Shown: in pieces, positions 23,448 through 34,686 of the stretch
Layout: the number at the start of each line of letters is the position of its first letter
Position numbering within the stretch: position 1 is the first letter of the stretch
Assembly: GCA_965644295.1 (NCBI GenBank)
Contig: CBFFRP010000535.1
Location: 1 to 34,953 of the forward strand
Length of the DNA stretch: 34,953 nt
Direction: 5' to 3'
Source of the DNA: Paraphysomonas bandaiensis
Lineage: Eukaryota > Protista > Chrysophyceae
Translations under genes and position numbers: made by a program
The notes under the pieces: generated by a model
What the model saw: only the letters and a program-made list of their open reading frames with translations
What the model was told of the DNA's origin: nothing
The model's database searches: none

Positions 23448-23997
23448 TATTTAAAGTCTTATTATTAGCCATAATATATAGGCGTTAAGAATCAGCAGCA
23501 GTTTTGTAGCTAGAAGAAAACTAGTCAAGCTAGATAGACGTCTACCTGTAACTAACTAGTACAAACTCTATATTATTCTACTATTTAACTACGGAGGCTG
23601 CTTGTGCGTTGCCGACCACCTCCGCTCTACTGCTCAAAGCAAACGCCGTGAGCAAGCAGAATGTTGATATATACCTACCTGACATACATATATATTATGC
23701 TGACTTAACATTTTTGAGTCCTTAAGGTGAACCTCCCGATACCCCGGTTACCCTTCAGGTGGGCCCTGTCATGGATGCTCTTGAAGTGGGCCCATTTCCG
23801 AATGCCTGTTTATTCGTCAAGGCCCAAAGACGTCTACACAAGTGACACTTATTGGTGTCCCTTGTACCACACAAGCATTAGAATATAAGTGGGTAGAAAA
23901 TTATCTGCCGACTATATATTATGCGGCTGACGTTAGTTTCCCGGAGAACGTATCCCGCAGAACACCACGAAAAGGTGCGAGTCCGACTTTGATGAGG
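23448..23997 (-). mobile_element. Full-length retroposon copy (550 bp)
   Basis: TATTTAAAGTC...TTTGATGAGG flanked by GAAGTGAGTCA (23437-23447) and GAAGTGAGTTA (23998-24008). Confidence 0.9.
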
Positions 23998-24739
23998 GAA
24001 GTGAGTTAATAGTGTACGATAGGTGAAATCAACTCATAGAGGTGCAATGGGTGAATATAGTTATAAAAAGGAGATAAATTCAGTTATACTATATAGATGT
24101 ATGACTATATATAAGATTATATTAGGCTCTATTATATTAGAGGTGTGACTTGTGAAAATATATTATATTATGAAAAACAGCTGTTTCTGAGAACAAATGT
24201 TCACCAAATGTTGCATGAATATGTTGTGAAGTGTAAAGTAGTGTTGAGATTAATAATAATAATTCTTGCCTAAAAGTACATGGCGTGCAACAAAGCAAGG
24301 TTAAAGTTTATGTGGTGTAGAGCTAGGTTAACTTCAGTGTAATGTCCAATTCTAACAATTACCTTCAGTTTTAATTAAGCTTAAACCTTCCAAACTATCC
24401 AAACATTCATGTTGATTTCTGATATTCTTCAGTGATGCCATTTCTTAATTTCATCATTGCGACTACTACAATTCTATGGTAGCTGAGAAAATAACACCAT
24501 GTTGGAATAACTATTTTCTACACAAAATGCATGATATAATCCACTTCAAGCCAACCACAATTCTACTAGTATTGAACAAATGTCATGTGTACGATAATTA
24601 CGAGTACAGTAACACAGCTTTATCCGAAATCATTATTTTCTCAACTTAATTTATCAATGCGCTACTACGGTTATATGTATCTACACTGAGCATTGCGCTA
24701 TACATAGGAATATCAACATAACATTAGTCGATGATAGAA

Positions 24740-26134
24740 TTATTCTTTAGCCTCACCATCCCACCAGCAAGACTCATCAAAGCAAACTTCCGGGTCTACG
24801 AAACCTACGTTCTTCCCGTTCACTTGAGAGGACAAGTACTCGAACTCCCAGTCATCCGACCGATATGGCGTCGGAAATACAATTCCAGGGGCGGGGATGG
24901 GGAGTGCAGCCAGAATATCATCAATATCTCCCTCGTACATGACATTTTGTACATTATCGAATACAATATTTTCACACGGGTTACCGGGGTCGCACAGAAT
25001 AATTCCAGGGCCTTCAAATATTGGAACTGTATCAACAGCAAATACATTTCGGAAATAAATATTGCGTATCGTTACCAAAGGTTGTGTGGGACATATTGGA
25101 ATAAATGGGAATAAAAAGTTGCACCCAGTTCCATTTGATCCATCATTGGGCTCATTTTGCTGCTGAGGACCGATGTATATGGTCCACCACAGAGCCTCAC
25201 GTATTACGATGTTTTCATAGAGAATATTCTCGATCATACCAGAACCCTCTTCACCAGGGTTGGTTTTGATATATATGGCCTTCAACGGCCGATACATGGT
25301 TGTGTCTCGAAAAGTCACGTTTCGTATGCAATTCCCGTGTACATTAGGCGGAACACTTCCTATTGTCAGGCCGGTCGAATATGTAATATTGTTGTTGTAG
25401 GCAATGATATCACTCGCACAAATACAGTACTTCCAGTTGCTGTGGCAAGGTTTTGGGACGATTGCATCGTCATAGTTAGTAATGTTGCAGTTATAAATGG
25501 TCACATTAGTAGCGGCAATATCAATTCCATCGGTATTAAGGGGATACGTGACGGAATCACGACCATGGCCGCGGTCCACTGAACTGTCAATAAAAATCGT
25601 GATATCGTGGACTACAATATCTGCACAATCTTTGAAATAAATAGAGAAACGAGGAGAATTGAGGAAAAATGCATCCTTAATAATTATATCCGTTGAATGA
25701 TAAAAATATACTAAGAAAGGTCGGTAGGACAGTCCAAGGTAAGCACCACGCCACCATTTCAACCCTTGCCCATCTACGATTCCTTGACCTTGAACAGTAA
25801 TTCCATGGCACTCAACAAACCAGAATTGGGCGGTCGTGTCTGGATCCCAAGCAGGAATATAGTCGGAAAATATTACTTTACCACTGATTTGAATTGTCAC
25901 ATCATAAATGTCAGATACGTAGACGCCCAGCATATAGTACTCATTTCCACCTGATATTGTAACTACACGGTCCAAACTAGAGTTAGCAGCAACCAGTGCA
26001 TTCACCATAGCTTCCGAATTAACTCGTGCGGTGTGAAGGTCGTATGAGTTGGGCTTCGCACCATATTCCTCAATCAGAATTGAATTGACAGCTGCCACAA
26101 AAAATAAACAAAGAGCTGCAATATACTGCGCCAT
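24740..26134 (-). CDS. Secreted glycoside hydrolase family 28 (polygalacturonase-like), intronless
   Basis: Signal-peptide-like MAQYIAALCLFFVAAVNS from ATG 26134; GIVDGQGLKWW, NSPRF, NTDGIDI, NYDDAI, GLTIGS, IKT. Confidence 0.9.
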   Translation of the reverse strand: MAQYIAALCLFFVAAVNSILIEEYGAKPNSYDLHTARVNSEAMVNALVAANSSLDRVVTISGGNEYYMLGVYVSDIYDVTIQISGKVIFSDYIPAWDPDTTAQFWFVECHGITVQGQGIVDGQGLKWWRGAYLGLSYRPFLVYFYHSTDIIIKDAFFLNSPRFSIYFKDCADIVVHDITIFIDSSVDRGHGRDSVTYPLNTDGIDIAATNVTIYNCNITNYDDAIVPKPCHSNWKYCICASDIIAYNNNITYSTGLTIGSVPPNVHGNCIRNVTFRDTTMYRPLKAIYIKTNPGEEGSGMIENILYENIVIREALWWTIYIGPQQQNEPNDGSNGTGCNFLFPFIPICPTQPLVTIRNIYFRNVFAVDTVPIFEGPGIILCDPGNPCENIVFDNVQNVMYEGDIDDILAALPIPAPGIVFPTPYRSDDWEFEYLSSQVNGKNVGFVDPEVCFDESCWWDGEAKE

Positions 26135-26257
26135 GTCCACTGCAACAGATCTGAAATCCAGAAACTTCTCCCACTTAATACAGTTGACAAAAGAATTGAA
26201 TGGCAATTAGGGTGTGTTGAGATGTGTGTGATTCTTCTGCTATATGTACAGCAGTAT

Positions 26258-26260
<3 letters not shown>

Positions 26261-26290
<30 letters not shown>
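26261..26290. repeat. (AT)15 microsatellite
   Basis: Direct reading. Confidence 0.95.
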
Positions 26291-26294
<4 letters not shown>

Positions 26295-26892
26295 ATGGTG
26301 TTCTTAGTTCTTACTCGCACACAACAAAAGAACATGTGTACCAGTGTATTCTGCTGTATGTATACAGCAGCCTTGCAACACTTTTAGGTACTGTATGTAC
26401 TGCTGTACCCGGTATAAGATATACGTATACACTGCACCTGAAAAACACACTAGGAATTCCTACTATATGGATGTCTCTCCATAGTATACCATATATACGA
26501 AGTACTTGCTTATACATACAAGAAAGAACTGTCGTGAAGTGTGTTGGACTGAAGTGGATATGTGTGTGCAGATTCTAATTACACTGTAGGGTGTACCTAC
26601 GACGTACTATTCGGCTCCACAGATGGTACGAAATACATACATACATGAAATGGCATCCCAGCCCACTCCCACTCGCTCCCTCAACTGTAGCATGTCATAA
26701 CAGTATACACTAAGATATTTTATATGGCATTTACACTGCATCTTACACCTGAGGGTCAACAGATCATTTTAGTGTCAAGAGACCACCAGAAAACTATTCG
26801 CTATATGGAACTCCTGCTAATAGTGCTCCCGAACATTGAATACGTACAATTTTGGTTCCCTTCAGCGTTGATAAGATATTCCCCTCCTGATA

Positions 26893-29800
26893 ATGCCGGA
26901 TGAGAGCAACATTACTGTTGAATTGTCGGAGTCAGACATCGCATCTGAGTTGCAAGAGCTCCAAGTCGAATGGGCTGATTTACTTATGAATGATGACATT
27001 GTCATCGACATACCGCAGAAATGTGACTTGACTTCCAGTGAGAAAGAGATATTGGCCGGACGATGGTATTATTTCTCTTTGCAAAGAATGTCATGATAAT
27101 CCTGTAATGCTGTGGATGTAGGTTTGACGATGGGGTACTTGGCTGGAAGATTGACTACCCCCAGGTTGACCAGCACCTTTAATGTTTTTCGATTTTACAC
27201 TGTAATCTGAATATATGAGTGTAGACTTTATTTCAGCTGAAGTGCTATCGTATTTCTCGATCCAGAGTATTCCTCCAAATGTACACTCTGATCACAATTT
27301 TGCACATGTGTACTCCATTTTTAAGCGAACATCGTTGTCCGTGGCACAGAAATCCCGATCACCTATCAATATCTTTGTTTTCGATGGAAAGACGAGATTA
27401 TATATCAGCCATTACAGTCAATTTCATCGATTTATTTTGTACTCTGGTATATTTGGTCGAAATTAGCTTGCGCTTAGCGGTCAACAACAGCAAGGGGCGC
27501 TTCAGCGAGCTACTTCTGTATAAGGACAAGTGGATTTTCATACGCCTCTTATGTGTGTCCCTTATATTCATTGATAGCGTAGTATGTTTGGTCACACAAA
27601 TACCCGTTCGATTTGGGAGGTGCCTGATCCCTGTGATCTATATTGCACGTAGAAATAGTTTGCGCCAAATGGTTCATGGTCTATTTCTGTCAGTCATAAA
27701 TTCCTTTCCAATTCTCATGTTCCTTGTTGCGGTCCACTTTTTTTGGAGTTTTCTGGGGTATATAGTGTTTCGTGGTGTATATGTGGAGTATGGCGATAGA
27801 TTTCATACTTTCGGCGATGCGATGCTTACAGTTCTCCAGAGTGCCACTTCCAGATCGTTCGGTATCTTCGCACTGATGCCTTACTATGAAATAACCAGCA
27901 CGTCTGCTCTATTCTTCTTTGCTCTCACTGTTACTGCTGATTTGATTTGCGTTAACCTAATTGTGGCAGTCGGATTTTGGCAATATAAAGGTTTTTCGAA
28001 AGTTCTGTTCCGACGTCTTCTGAGGAATCGTCGGCAGGCTTTTGTTGCTATTCACGACCTTCTCAGTGACGAAAGGGGGTTCATATCTAGAGATAAATGG
28101 ATAGCTTTCTGCTCCAATATTCGGGGTAAATACAGTGTGACTCGACAGGTGGCTGAAGTTCTCTTTTCATTAGAATGTGAGAAGATGAATACAAAGGAAG
28201 GGTTTGACTGTATTGACTCTATTGGTTTGTTTCGAATCTCGGCCTTGCTATCTGCCCGAGTTATTGTTGATATTTCTAGGCCTGAAAATGGCATACCTTA
28301 TTCTTCGCGTGGTTTCTCTTCTCTCACTGAAGAATGTCTACAGAGACGGAACAGTCATAAACCCGCTGTGTCTTATCCAAGTTTGGAGAAAGTGCAGAAA
28401 TATATAACACATAGGAGATCATACAGTGACCCTTGTATGAACCCATGTCATTATGTAATAGATGAGGAAGTAAATGCAGTGCCTAGGCACGAAAGTCCAT
28501 TGTCTTGTGCGCTGTCAGAACCTGCTGCAATCCAAGGAGTGCGTATAGAATGTCGGTCTAGAGTAGATAGCTCACCTGCATCTTCAACTGATGTTCGTAC
28601 GATGGATGAGTTTGAAATCAGTGCTGCGGAAACAAAGTCAACTAGTACCATTGAGAAGATGTATTTTTCTATGCGTCTCCGAGTCGTACAAATGATGAAG
28701 TATAGTATAGCACTAGAACGAATTCTACCACAAAAGTGTTTGATTGAGCGCTTCCGAATGACTATTAATCCTTTTGATGGTTTTTTTTTTGCAGTAAAGT
28801 TACTGTTGGCCATTCAACTTGTATTTATGTCACAAAGGCCACAATCTATACAGTGGATTCGAATCGGATGGGTGCTCGAAGCACTGCTGTGGTTAGAGAT
28901 GTTTATCTTTATTTTTGCTTGGGGATTTGTGGTGTACTTCAGGCGCGGCGGGTTTGGGTATGTATTTTCACTGAACGTCCTCACTCTCGTGTTCATGTCG
29001 ATGCTTGGTACAAAAAGCGGTACGGGATATCGTAGCACACCGTACTCTTGTGTATTGATATTTCAATCCGCAAGATATTTAGTACTCCTTCGATACGTTG
29101 GTGACTCTGATATTTTTTTGTCGTTAGTCCCACTGCTGTTACGTGTACTGTTTATTATATTTTGTGTCATATACTTTTTCTCAGTGATTGGGTACAGTCG
29201 ATTGTGCGGGGTGTTTAACAGTGACCATGTACACAGCGATTCAGATGACGACTCAGTATTATGGTTGAACTTTGAGAGCATGTTTAACTTCGACTCTCTA
29301 CTTCAAACTATGTACACCTTGTTCTATGTAGCTATGTTGGGAAACTGGACGTTTATCATGGATGCTGCTGCTCGGACTGAGCGATTACCATCTCTTCTCT
29401 ACTTTTATTCCTTCCGCTTGCTAATGGTTGTTGTAGTAATTCCCATAATGTTTTCGTTCATTATACAAGAATTCGTTACAAAGCGAGATTATAATGCGGC
29501 AAGTAAAGGTACTGGTTGCATTCTCCTCTCGAATCATCTTGGCTTCGTTGATGCCAACCATCGTGAAGAGAAAGGCACAAGTGCTGGCGGAGATGATAGA
29601 TCCACCGACGAAGCAGTAAACATGGCTCTTAAACGTGTATTACTCAAACGAAACTCTTCTCCTGTTAATCACCAATGCTGTGTAAATAGCTACGGTGAGG
29701 CCGATCCCAACGTAGTCAATTGTCACTTCTCCTCTCAGATTCTAAAACATCGGAAATCTAACGTTAAAAGGCTTTCTCTGCATAACATGTTTACAGCATA

Positions 29801-30134
29801 CGCTGACGGAACACTCCTTGGAGATGATGAAAAGAAAATGAGTTGCAATCTACGTGAATATGAGATGCCAGTTTTTAATCGATCAAAATGCCTCTTCTCT
29901 ACAACTAGCAGCAAGTATTCAGTGCTCATTGGTGAAAAATCAACCTCTATGATGACTTACTGGTCGAGTGACTCGACGAATGCTATGGTCGAATCCTCAT
30001 CTGAAACCGATAAAGAAAAAGCTCATGTTCTTGAGCGGTTACTAATGGAGACTTTAAATTTAATAGCGAGCGAAAGGAAGAAATTCGAACAACTGCTGTC
30101 CGACTTGCACATATCATTAAAGGAATATTCATAA
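26893..30134 (+). CDS. Two-pore channel (TPC)-like ion channel, 3 exons (26893-27064, 27121-27163, 27237-30134)
   Basis: Two multi-TM repeats; S4-like RFGRCLIPVIYIARR; pore I FHTFGDAMLTVLQSATSRSF; pore II NFDSLLQTMYTLFYVAMLGNWTFIMD; in-frame GT-AG splicing links the 26893 ORF to the 951-aa ORF. Confidence 0.8.
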
Positions 30135-30206
30135 ATTTTTTGGTGTTGTGAAGACATTCTTATAGCATTTCGTCTTGCTTAAAAACATTCTCTGCATACT
30201 ATTCGA

Positions 30207-30218
30207 TTAGGGTTAGGG

Positions 30219-30259
<41 letters not shown>

Positions 30260-33200
30260 GGTTAGGGTTAGGGTTAGGGTTAGGGTTAGGGTTAGGGTTA
30301 GGGTTAGGGTTAGGGTTAGGGTTAGGGTTAGGGTTAGGGTTAGGGTTAGGGTTAGGGTTAGGGTTAGGGTTAGGGTTAGGGTTAGGGTTAGGGTTAGGGT
30401 TAGGGTTAGGGTTAGGGTTAGGGTTAGGGTTAGGGTTAGGGTTAGGGTTAGGGTTAGGGTTAGGGTTAGGGTTAGGGTTAGGGTTAGGGTTAGGGTTAGG
30501 GTTAGGGTTAGGGTTAGGGTTAGGGTTAGGGTTAGGGTTAGGGTTAGGGTTAGGGTTAGGGTTAGGGTTAGGGTTAGGGTTAGGGTTAGGGTTAGGGTTA
30601 GGGTTAGGGTTAGGGTTAGGGTTAGGGTTAGGGTTAGGGTTAGGGTTAGGGTTAGGGTTAGGGTTAGGGTTAGGGTTAGGGTTAGGGTTAGGGTTAGGGT
30701 TAGGGTTAGGGTTAGGGTTAGGGTTAGGGTTAGGGTTAGGGTTAGGGTTAGGGTTAGGGTTAGGGTTAGGGTTAGGGTTAGGGTTAGGGTTAGGGTTAGG
30801 GTTAGGGTTAGGGTTAGGGTTAGGGTTAGGGTTAGGGTTAGGGTTAGGGTTAGGGTTAGGGTTAGGGTTAGGGTTAGGGTTAGGGTTAGGGTTAGGGTTA
30901 GGGTTAGGGTTAGGGTTAGGGTTAGGGTTAGGGTTAGGGTTAGGGTTAGGGTTAGGGTTAGGGTTAGGGTTAGGGTTAGGGTTAGGGTTAGGGTTAGGGT
31001 TAGGGTTAGGGTTAGGGTTAGGGTTAGGGTTAGGGTTAGGGTTAGGGTTAGGGTTAGGGTTAGGGTTAGGGTTAGGGTTAGGGTTAGGGTTAGGGTTAGG
31101 GTTAGGGTTAGGGTTAGGGTTAGGGTTAGGGTTAGGGTTAGGGTTAGGGTTAGGGTTAGGGTTAGGGTTAGGGTTAGGGTTAGGGTTAGGGTTAGGGTTA
31201 GGGTTAGGGTTAGGGTTAGGGTTAGGGTTAGGGTTAGGGTTAGGGTTAGGGTTAGGGTTAGGGTTAGGGTTAGGGTTAGGGTTAGGGTTAGGGTTAGGGT
31301 TAGGGTTAGGGTTAGGGTTAGGGTTAGGGTTAGGGTTAGGGTTAGGGTTAGGGTTAGGGTTAGGGTTAGGGTTAGGGTTAGGGTTAGGGTTAGGGTTAGG
31401 GTTAGGGTTAGGGTTAGGGTTAGGGTTAGGGTTAGGGTTAGGGTTAGGGTTAGGGTTAGGGTTAGGGTTAGGGTTAGGGTTAGGGTTAGGGTTAGGGTTA
31501 GGGTTAGGGTTAGGGTTAGGGTTAGGGTTAGGGTTAGGGTTAGGGTTAGGGTTAGGGTTAGGGTTAGGGTTAGGGTTAGGGTTAGGGTTAGGGTTAGGGT
31601 TAGGGTTAGGGTTAGGGTTAGGGTTAGGGTTAGGGTTAGGGTTAGGGTTAGGGTTAGGGTTAGGGTTAGGGTTAGGGTTAGGGTTAGGGTTAGGGTTAGG
31701 GTTAGGGTTAGGGTTAGGGTTAGGGTTAGGGTTAGGGTTAGGGTTAGGGTTAGGGTTAGGGTTAGGGTTAGGGTTAGGGTTAGGGTTAGGGTTAGGGTTA
31801 GGGTTAGGGTTAGGGTTAGGGTTAGGGTTAGGGTTAGGGTTAGGGTTAGGGTTAGGGTTAGGGTTAGGGTTAGGGTTAGGGTTAGGGTTAGGGTTAGGGT
31901 TAGGGTTAGGGTTAGGGTTAGGGTTAGGGTTAGGGTTAGGGTTAGGGTTAGGGTTAGGGTTAGGGTTAGGGTTAGGGTTAGGGTTAGGGTTAGGGTTAGG
32001 GTTAGGGTTAGGGTTAGGGTTAGGGTTAGGGTTAGGGTTAGGGTTAGGGTTAGGGTTAGGGTTAGGGTTAGGGTTAGGGTTAGGGTTAGGGTTAGGGTTA
32101 GGGTTAGGGTTAGGGTTAGGGTTAGGGTTAGGGTTAGGGTTAGGGTTAGGGTTAGGGTTAGGGTTAGGGTTAGGGTTAGGGTTAGGGTTAGGGTTAGGGT
32201 TAGGGTTAGGGTTAGGGTTAGGGTTAGGGTTAGGGTTAGGGTTAGGGTTAGGGTTAGGGTTAGGGTTAGGGTTAGGGTTAGGGTTAGGGTTAGGGTTAGG
32301 GTTAGGGTTAGGGTTAGGGTTAGGGTTAGGGTTAGGGTTAGGGTTAGGGTTAGGGTTAGGGTTAGGGTTAGGGTTAGGGTTAGGGTTAGGGTTAGGGTTA
32401 GGGTTAGGGTTAGGGTTAGGGTTAGGGTTAGGGTTAGGGTTAGGGTTAGGGTTAGGGTTAGGGTTAGGGTTAGGGTTAGGGTTAGGGTTAGGGTTAGGGT
32501 TAGGGTTAGGGTTAGGGTTAGGGTTAGGGTTAGGGTTAGGGTTAGGGTTAGGGTTAGGGTTAGGGTTAGGGTTAGGGTTAGGGTTAGGGTTAGGGTTAGG
32601 GTTAGGGTTAGGGTTAGGGTTAGGGTTAGGGTTAGGGTTAGGGTTAGGGTTAGGGTTAGGGTTAGGGTTAGGGTTAGGGTTAGGGTTAGGGTTAGGGTTA
32701 GGGTTAGGGTTAGGGTTAGGGTTAGGGTTAGGGTTAGGGTTAGGGTTAGGGTTAGGGTTAGGGTTAGGGTTAGGGTTAGGGTTAGGGTTAGGGTTAGGGT
32801 TAGGGTTAGGGTTAGGGTTAGGGTTAGGGTTAGGGTTAGGGTTAGGGTTAGGGTTAGGGTTAGGGTTAGGGTTAGGGTTAGGGTTAGGGTTAGGGTTAGG
32901 GTTAGGGTTAGGGTTAGGGTTAGGGTTAGGGTTAGGGTTAGGGTTAGGGTTAGGGTTAGGGTTAGGGTTAGGGTTAGGGTTAGGGTTAGGGTTAGGGTTA
33001 GGGTTAGGGTTAGGGTTAGGGTTAGGGTTAGGGTTAGGGTTAGGGTTAGGGTTAGGGTTAGGGTTAGGGTTAGGGTTAGGGTTAGGGTTAGGGTTAGGGT
33101 TAGGGTTAGGGTTAGGGTTAGGGTTAGGGTTAGGGTTAGGGTTAGGGTTAGGGTTAGGGTTAGGGTTAGGGTTAGGGTTAGGGTTAGGGTTAGGGTTAGG

Positions 33201-34565
33201 GTTAGGGTTAGGGTTAGGGTTAGGGTTAGGGTTAGGGTTAGGGTTAGGGTTAGGGTTAGGGTTAGGGTTAGGGTTAGGGTTAGGGTTAGGGTTAGGGTTA
33301 GGGTTAGGGTTAGGGTTAGGGTTAGGGTTAGGGTTAGGGTTAGGGTTAGGGTTAGGGTTAGGGTTAGGGTTAGGGTTAGGGTTAGGGTTAGGGTTAGGGT
33401 TAGGGTTAGGGTTAGGGTTAGGGTTAGGGTTAGGGTTAGGGTTAGGGTTAGGGTTAGGGTTAGGGTTAGGGTTAGGGTTAGGGTTAGGGTTAGGGTTAGG
33501 GTTAGGGTTAGGGTTAGGGTTAGGGTTAGGGTTAGGGTTAGGGTTAGGGTTAGGGTTAGGGTTAGGGTTAGGGTTAGGGTTAGGGTTAGGGTTAGGGTTA
33601 GGGTTAGGGTTAGGGTTAGGGTTAGGGTTAGGGTTAGGGTTAGGGTTAGGGTTAGGGTTAGGGTTAGGGTTAGGGTTAGGGTTAGGGTTAGGGTTAGGGT
33701 TAGGGTTAGGGTTAGGGTTAGGGTTAGGGTTAGGGTTAGGGTTAGGGTTAGGGTTAGGGTTAGGGTTAGGGTTAGGGTTAGGGTTAGGGTTAGGGTTAGG
33801 GTTAGGGTTAGGGTTAGGGTTAGGGTTAGGGTTAGGGTTAGGGTTAGGGTTAGGGTTAGGGTTAGGGTTAGGGTTAGGGTTAGGGTTAGGGTTAGGGTTA
33901 GGGTTAGGGTTAGGGTTAGGGTTAGGGTTAGGGTTAGGGTTAGGGTTAGGGTTAGGGTTAGGGTTAGGGTTAGGGTTAGGGTTAGGGTTAGGGTTAGGGT
34001 TAGGGTTAGGGTTAGGGTTAGGGTTAGGGTTAGGGTTAGGGTTAGGGTTAGGGTTAGGGTTAGGGTTAGGGTTAGGGTTAGGGTTAGGGTTAGGGTTAGG
34101 GTTAGGGTTAGGGTTAGGGTTAGGGTTAGGGTTAGGGTTAGGGTTAGGGTTAGGGTTAGGGTTAGGGTTAGTTAGGGTTAGGGTTAGGGTTAGGGTTAGG
34201 GTTAGGGTTAGGGTTAGGGTTAGGGTTAGGGTTAGGGTTAGGGTTAGGGTTAGGGTTAGGGTTAGGGTTAGGGTTAGGGTTAGGGTTAGGGTTAGGGTTA
34301 GGGTTAGGGTTAGGGTTAGGGTTAGGGTTAGGGTTAGGGTTAGGGTTAGGGTTAGGGTTAGGGTTAGGGTTAGGGTTAGGGTTAGGGTTAGGGTTAGGGT
34401 TAGGGTTAGGGTTAGGGTTAGGGTTAGGGTTAGGGTTAGGGTTAGGGTTAGGGTTAGGGTTAGGGTTAGGGTTAGGGTTAGGGTTAGGGTTAGGGTTAGG
34501 GTTAGGGTTAGGGTTAGGGTTAGGGTTAGGGTTAGGGTTAGGGTTAGGGTTAGGGTTAGGGTTAG
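30207..34565 (+). repeat. Telomeric array (TTAGGG)n, ~726 units
   Basis: Near-perfect array with a TTTAGGG variant at 30237 and a TTAG variant at 34168. Confidence 0.99.
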
Positions 34566-34686
34566 AATCTTTCAGTATTAACACATATCTTCCCCCCATT
34601 TCCATGGCACGAATGAGCTAGAACCTTTCCCCCTAGGACACCTCATATAAGAACATCATCTGCCACATCCAGTTGCCCATTAATCA

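Noticed and set aside
23940-24010. Conserved structured end with variable flank as a Fanzor/TnpB omega-RNA
   Set aside because: No nuclease ORF in the window; TSDs and one-sided truncation fit retroposition.
26605-26613. TACTATTCG, a partial match to the telomere leader
   Set aside because: Only 9 nt and not followed by TTAGGG; may be chance.
34168-34605. 145-aa NPNPNP ORF
   Set aside because: It is the translation of the telomeric repeat.
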